A stretch of DNA of 64,000 bases from Macrostomum hystrix (taxonomy: Eukaryota > Animalia > Platyhelminthes). How positions within the stretch are numbered: the first letter of the stretch is position 1; every line of letters begins with the position of its first letter. The position numbers were made by a program, and so were the translations under genes. The notes beneath the pieces were generated by a model. It had not been told where the DNA came from. It did not search any database and worked only from the letters and a program-made list of their open reading frames with translations. The stretch lies in contig CATNEN010000002.1 of NCBI GenBank assembly GCA_950097015.1, positions 1,860,001 through 1,924,000 on the forward strand. The letters are read 5' to 3'. This document shows positions 60,313 through 64,000 of this stretch, one piece after another.

Positions 60313-62943
60313 TCATTCGTCTCCGTTAACAAAGTCGTTCAAATAGGCGAACACGTTCGTCAGTGAGCCGGCCTGAGTGATGGTGGCATTTTCTAGCACT
60401 CGACTAGCCCGGTGGCAGCCGTCCGCAGCGGCAACTTCAAGGAATTCCGGCAGCACTCGATTAAGAATCATGTCGCCAAAGTCGTAGGACGCGTCCCTGG
60501 GCAATTCGCTTGGCAGATTATCTACCGCCATCACGTCGATGGCCAGTGAAGAGCGAGCCTCGTCTGGCCGCAATTCGCGAGCCACAACTGGGTCGAATGT
60601 AAAAACCTGAATAAAAAAACCAGAGGACTTTTAGACCAATGTGTTTTATGGCTTCGCTTAAGGCAATATTTGAAAATAACAATTGTTTGCTTTTTCACTA
60701 AAACGGCCCTTTTATGGGCTACCAATAGCACGACACAACATAAAAATTCTGGTTAATGACCGATAGGTCGTGAGTTCGAATCTCAGCCTAAGGGGAAAAC
60801 GTGTCCTGAAAACACTCGTTTATCTTACTGGATCTTTTACAACGGTTGGCCGCACGGTGCAAGGCAGCGAAGCCACAGGAGCAATATCGCAGGTGATGTC
60901 ACCGATGAGGCGAACTCCCAATTCTGGCTTGAGCAAATCTTCGATGGTTAGCAGCGGGCCGCAGCGGTTATCCCAGTACATGCCGTTGATGAGTATGTTA
61001 GCCTTGGCCAGGTAGGGCCAGGCTACGCTGTGATAACCCGTGGGATTCGAATAATAGTCGGGACTCCAGCTGTTGTCCGGTCCGATCGCGAACAGGTGAT
61101 CGGCCGGCAGCTGGGTGTACACAGGCGGATGCTCGCCTGACCAATCGTGTTCCAGGAACTGCTTGGGTGGGATTTTTTCATAGCCGAGCAGATCGAGAAT
61201 CTCGCAGCAGCCCGTGCCGACACGACCGCTGCCTGTCAGTGCGATGCGCATTCCTGCAATGGGAGATATTGCGAGTTTTAGATCAACTGAAAATGAGAGT
61301 TTTAGAAACCTGCACTTTAAACTCATTTAGGGACTCATGAGGATTCTGATGATATTTAAGGATTATAGGGGATACTTAAGGACTCTAGGGATATTCAAGG
61401 AATCTAGGGGATACATGAGGACTCTAGGGATATTTAAGGACTCTAGGGGATACTTGAGGATTCTAGGGATATTTAAGGACTACTTGAGGATTCTAGCTAG
61501 GGGATATTCGAGGATTGATTGGTATATTTCAGAATTTTAGGGAATGTTTAGGTTTTTGGATATTTAATGACTCGATTAAATACAAAAAAACAAAAAATAT
61601 TTCTAGAACCGAGCTCAACACATAGCAGCAAAAATCCCAACTCACCCTTGAGCAGATCCACAGGCAGTTCTTTAATATACTTCTGTTTAGCAGCCTCCCA
61701 GTCTGCAATCTCGCACTGTCGAAACAGATCGAAGCGGCCAGTTCGCTGGCCCCAGGCGGCGATGGTGTTGTGAGCGCCAACAATGCCCGCCCAGCGACCG
61801 AAACCCAGCAGGCGAGCCTTGTTCTCGTCTCGCATAAACTCCCAGTCCATTAGGCGAATGCCCTTCTCTAGGATGGCACGCAGCAGAACACGATTGTGCG
61901 GCTGGCGTTTGGCAGTATGCGAGAACATCACGTAGGTTGCACCCGCCTGCAGCGACTCCAGCGATGCCGCCTTCACGCCTAGCAGCAGATCGGCCTGCTC
62001 TGCCTGCGAACGGCGTCAAGGAAGATAACATAAATTATAGTGTCAAAATCATATACTGACTACTCAAAGTAGGCACCTTTCAACATTTTCGCTTCCTTAT
62101 AGACTTCTAACCCCTCGATTGTTTATTGTTTCTCTCTTGTTCTCACCCTCGCTTCTCTATCTTGTTCTCACCCTCGCCTCTCTCTTGTTCTCACCCTCGC
62201 CTCTCTCTTGTTCTCACCCTCGCTTCTATCTCTTGTTCTCACCCTCGCTTCTCTCTCTTGTTCTCACCCTCGCTTCTCTATCTTGTTCTCACCCTCGCCT
62301 CTCTCTTGTTCTCACCCTCGCCTCTCTCTTGTTCTCACCCTCGCTTCTATCTCTTGTTCTCACCCTCGCTTCTCTCTCTTGTTCTCACCCTCGCTTCTCT
62401 ATCTTGTTCTCACCCTCGCCTCTCTCTTGTTCTCACCCTCGCTTCTCTCTCTTGTTCTCACCCTCGCTTCTATCTCTTGTTCTCACCCTCGCCTCTCTCT
62501 TGTTCTCACCCTCGCTTCTCTATCTTGTTCTCACCCTCGCCTCTCTCTTGTTCTCACCCTCGCTTCTATCTCTTGTTCTCACCCTCGCTTCTCTCTCTTG
62601 TTCTCACCCTCGCTTCTCTCTCTTGTTCTCACCCTCGCTTCTCTCTCTTGTTCTCACCCTCGCTTCTCTCTTGTTCTCGACCTCACTTCTTGCATTAATA
62701 AAAACAATTTGATAGTTAAAGCCACAAACGAACCTTCTCCACCAGTTTAATACCATGATCTTCGTACTCCTTGTCACTATAGCAACGAAATGAGCACTTC
62801 TCAACTACAATAGATACTTTGTCACCATAGTGAGCTATAATTTTGGCACACTGGCTAGGCGTCAGAGGTGTTCGTGTCTCATTTGGCACCATTGTTTCGC
62901 ACAGAACACCAATAGTGAATGTCTTTGATGTGTCACCATTCAT
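60313..62943 (-). CDS. Stand-alone lysine-ketoglutarate reductase / saccharopine dehydrogenase-like protein, copy B, 428 aa
   Basis: Exons (minus) 62943-62734, 62003-61646, 61253-60829, 60606-60313 (phases 0, 1, 0; 1287 nt). Motifs ETRTPLTP, LGVK, FSHTAKRQPHN, RLLGFGRWAGIVGAHN, LTGSGRVGTG, GDITCD, MAVDNLPSELPRDAS. Confidence 0.9.
61330..61520. repeat. Short degenerate intronic tandem repeat (GAGGACTCTAGGGATATTTAAGGAATCTAGGGGATACTT-like)
   Basis: Imperfect tandem units in intron 61254-61645. Confidence 0.75.
62130..62680. repeat. Intronic minisatellite, ~24-27-bp unit (TCTTGTTCTCACCCTCGCTTCTC)
   Basis: Tandem units in intron 62004-62733 of copy B. Confidence 0.95.
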
Positions 62944-64000
62944 TATAAATATATATGCTGGGAGTATTCGTTTTAACTGAGATCTGAAAGTTTATATATT
63001 TTGTGTTAAAAATAGCTACATAAACAAAGGAAAACAAGAAAACCATTATAGATATATACAAGGCAGTGCTCCCACTGGTTTTCAACATTATTTACATTTA
63101 GCATACAAGTAATGACTTTTACCAAAACTAGAAAAAGGTAAAAAGTAAAATATTCATTTGTATTTTAATTGTAGCCTTTTTACTATTATACTAAATGAAT
63201 TTTTGCATTGTGTTCATAACAGGTTAGGAAATAAATGAAATAAATGAAATGAAATTATGAATTATGAAATTATGAATTATTAAATGAAATAAAAAGGTAG
63301 CTAAATGTATGATAAGTGTTAGTTATATAGAAGATAAGGCACCTAAAGTTTATAATTTCCCTTTAAAGGGTAAGATGCTACAATTTTCTCTTCTGATTTG
63401 TAAGACAAAGGACAGATTAGGACAAATTATGAAATGTGTAAAACACTTGAATATAAAACACTAACATGTGAACAAACAAATAGTTTTAAAAAACTGTTTG
63501 CAAATAGCTGCGAATTTTTATCTATCTTTTTCACAGGCTGGATTGAGGACACAAGGACTACTAAAACAAAACTGCTGTTTAGTAGTCCCTGTGAGGACAA
63601 TTTAATAAATAGTGTAAGTTCTAAGTTGCACTACAGTGCAAAAAGTCGCTTTTGATAGAGTACTTTATTTAACAAACTAGTTAGAATAGCGATTATTTAT
63701 AAAAACAAAAACAAAAGACTTTGAACTTATAACACTAGCCAAAGACTGACTGATAAAAAAAATACCATCACTGTAATCAGCACTTCTGAGCATTATTGAC
63801 ATGTGTGTTTGTTTTTTAATAGCTAAGTGTCCATAATCAGATTTCAACGTCAAGTATTCTTATGCTGGCATATATAAATTCACTTCTTTCACGTGCTTGC
63901 AAAAAAATAAGCTCGCATACGTCGGAACGTTCACGCAAACAGAGCGTGCGCCGATCTAAAAATAGATCCCGGAGTGACCTAATTGAATTTTATTCTCAGT

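Noticed and set aside
1935-62680. Minisatellite unit lengths clustering at multiples of the DNA helical repeat
   Set aside because: Many units are 20-23 bp, but 12, 14, 16, 18, 25, 26 and 28 bp also occur; not supportable without a genome-wide test.
1876-62750. Long low-complexity ORFs in the track (e.g. 15396-16190, 24212-25076, 32133-33542, 37158-37766, 47521-48945, 51362-51916, 62119-62750)
   Set aside because: They are translations of minisatellites, open in several frames and both strands, and many lie inside introns of well-supported genes.
50007-62943. Bacterial contamination as the source of the nuclease and dehydrogenase genes
   Set aside because: All three have phase-consistent GT-AG introns, most containing host-style minisatellites, and are interleaved with a SINE and AT-rich host DNA.

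Overview
Eukaryotic (animal) genomic DNA with GT-AG spliced genes. GC-rich exons with (CAG/GCT)n runs and introns filled with unrelated minisatellites suggest a Macrostomum-type flatworm (inference, not checked). I assembled gene models by hand and checked splice phases. Genes: clathrin heavy chain (12 exons, 3654-16321, short first exon not found); a minus-strand coiled-coil/poly-Q protein ending in a Cys/His cluster; an orphan two-TM protein; an ankyrin-repeat protein; a divergent PKA type-II-like regulatory subunit; an ankyrin + Mab-21/cGAS-like nucleotidyltransferase fusion; a secreted single-domain staphylococcal-nuclease-like protein; and two tandem stand-alone lysine-ketoglutarate reductase/saccharopine dehydrogenase-like genes that look bacterial but carry introns. 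Mobile DNA: a Mutator-like MITE with a 9-bp TSD, a 1.56-kb non-coding LTR element (TRIM-like) with PBS and 5-bp TSD, and several tRNA-derived SINEs. About 30 minisatellite arrays account for most long low-complexity ORFs in the track. Most interesting: the 38.5-63 kb block (cyclic-nucleotide-binding protein, ANK-cGLR, nuclease, two candidate horizontally acquired dehydrogenases) and exon snippets copied into neighbouring intronic arrays. No database searches were run; family assignments rest on recognised motifs.
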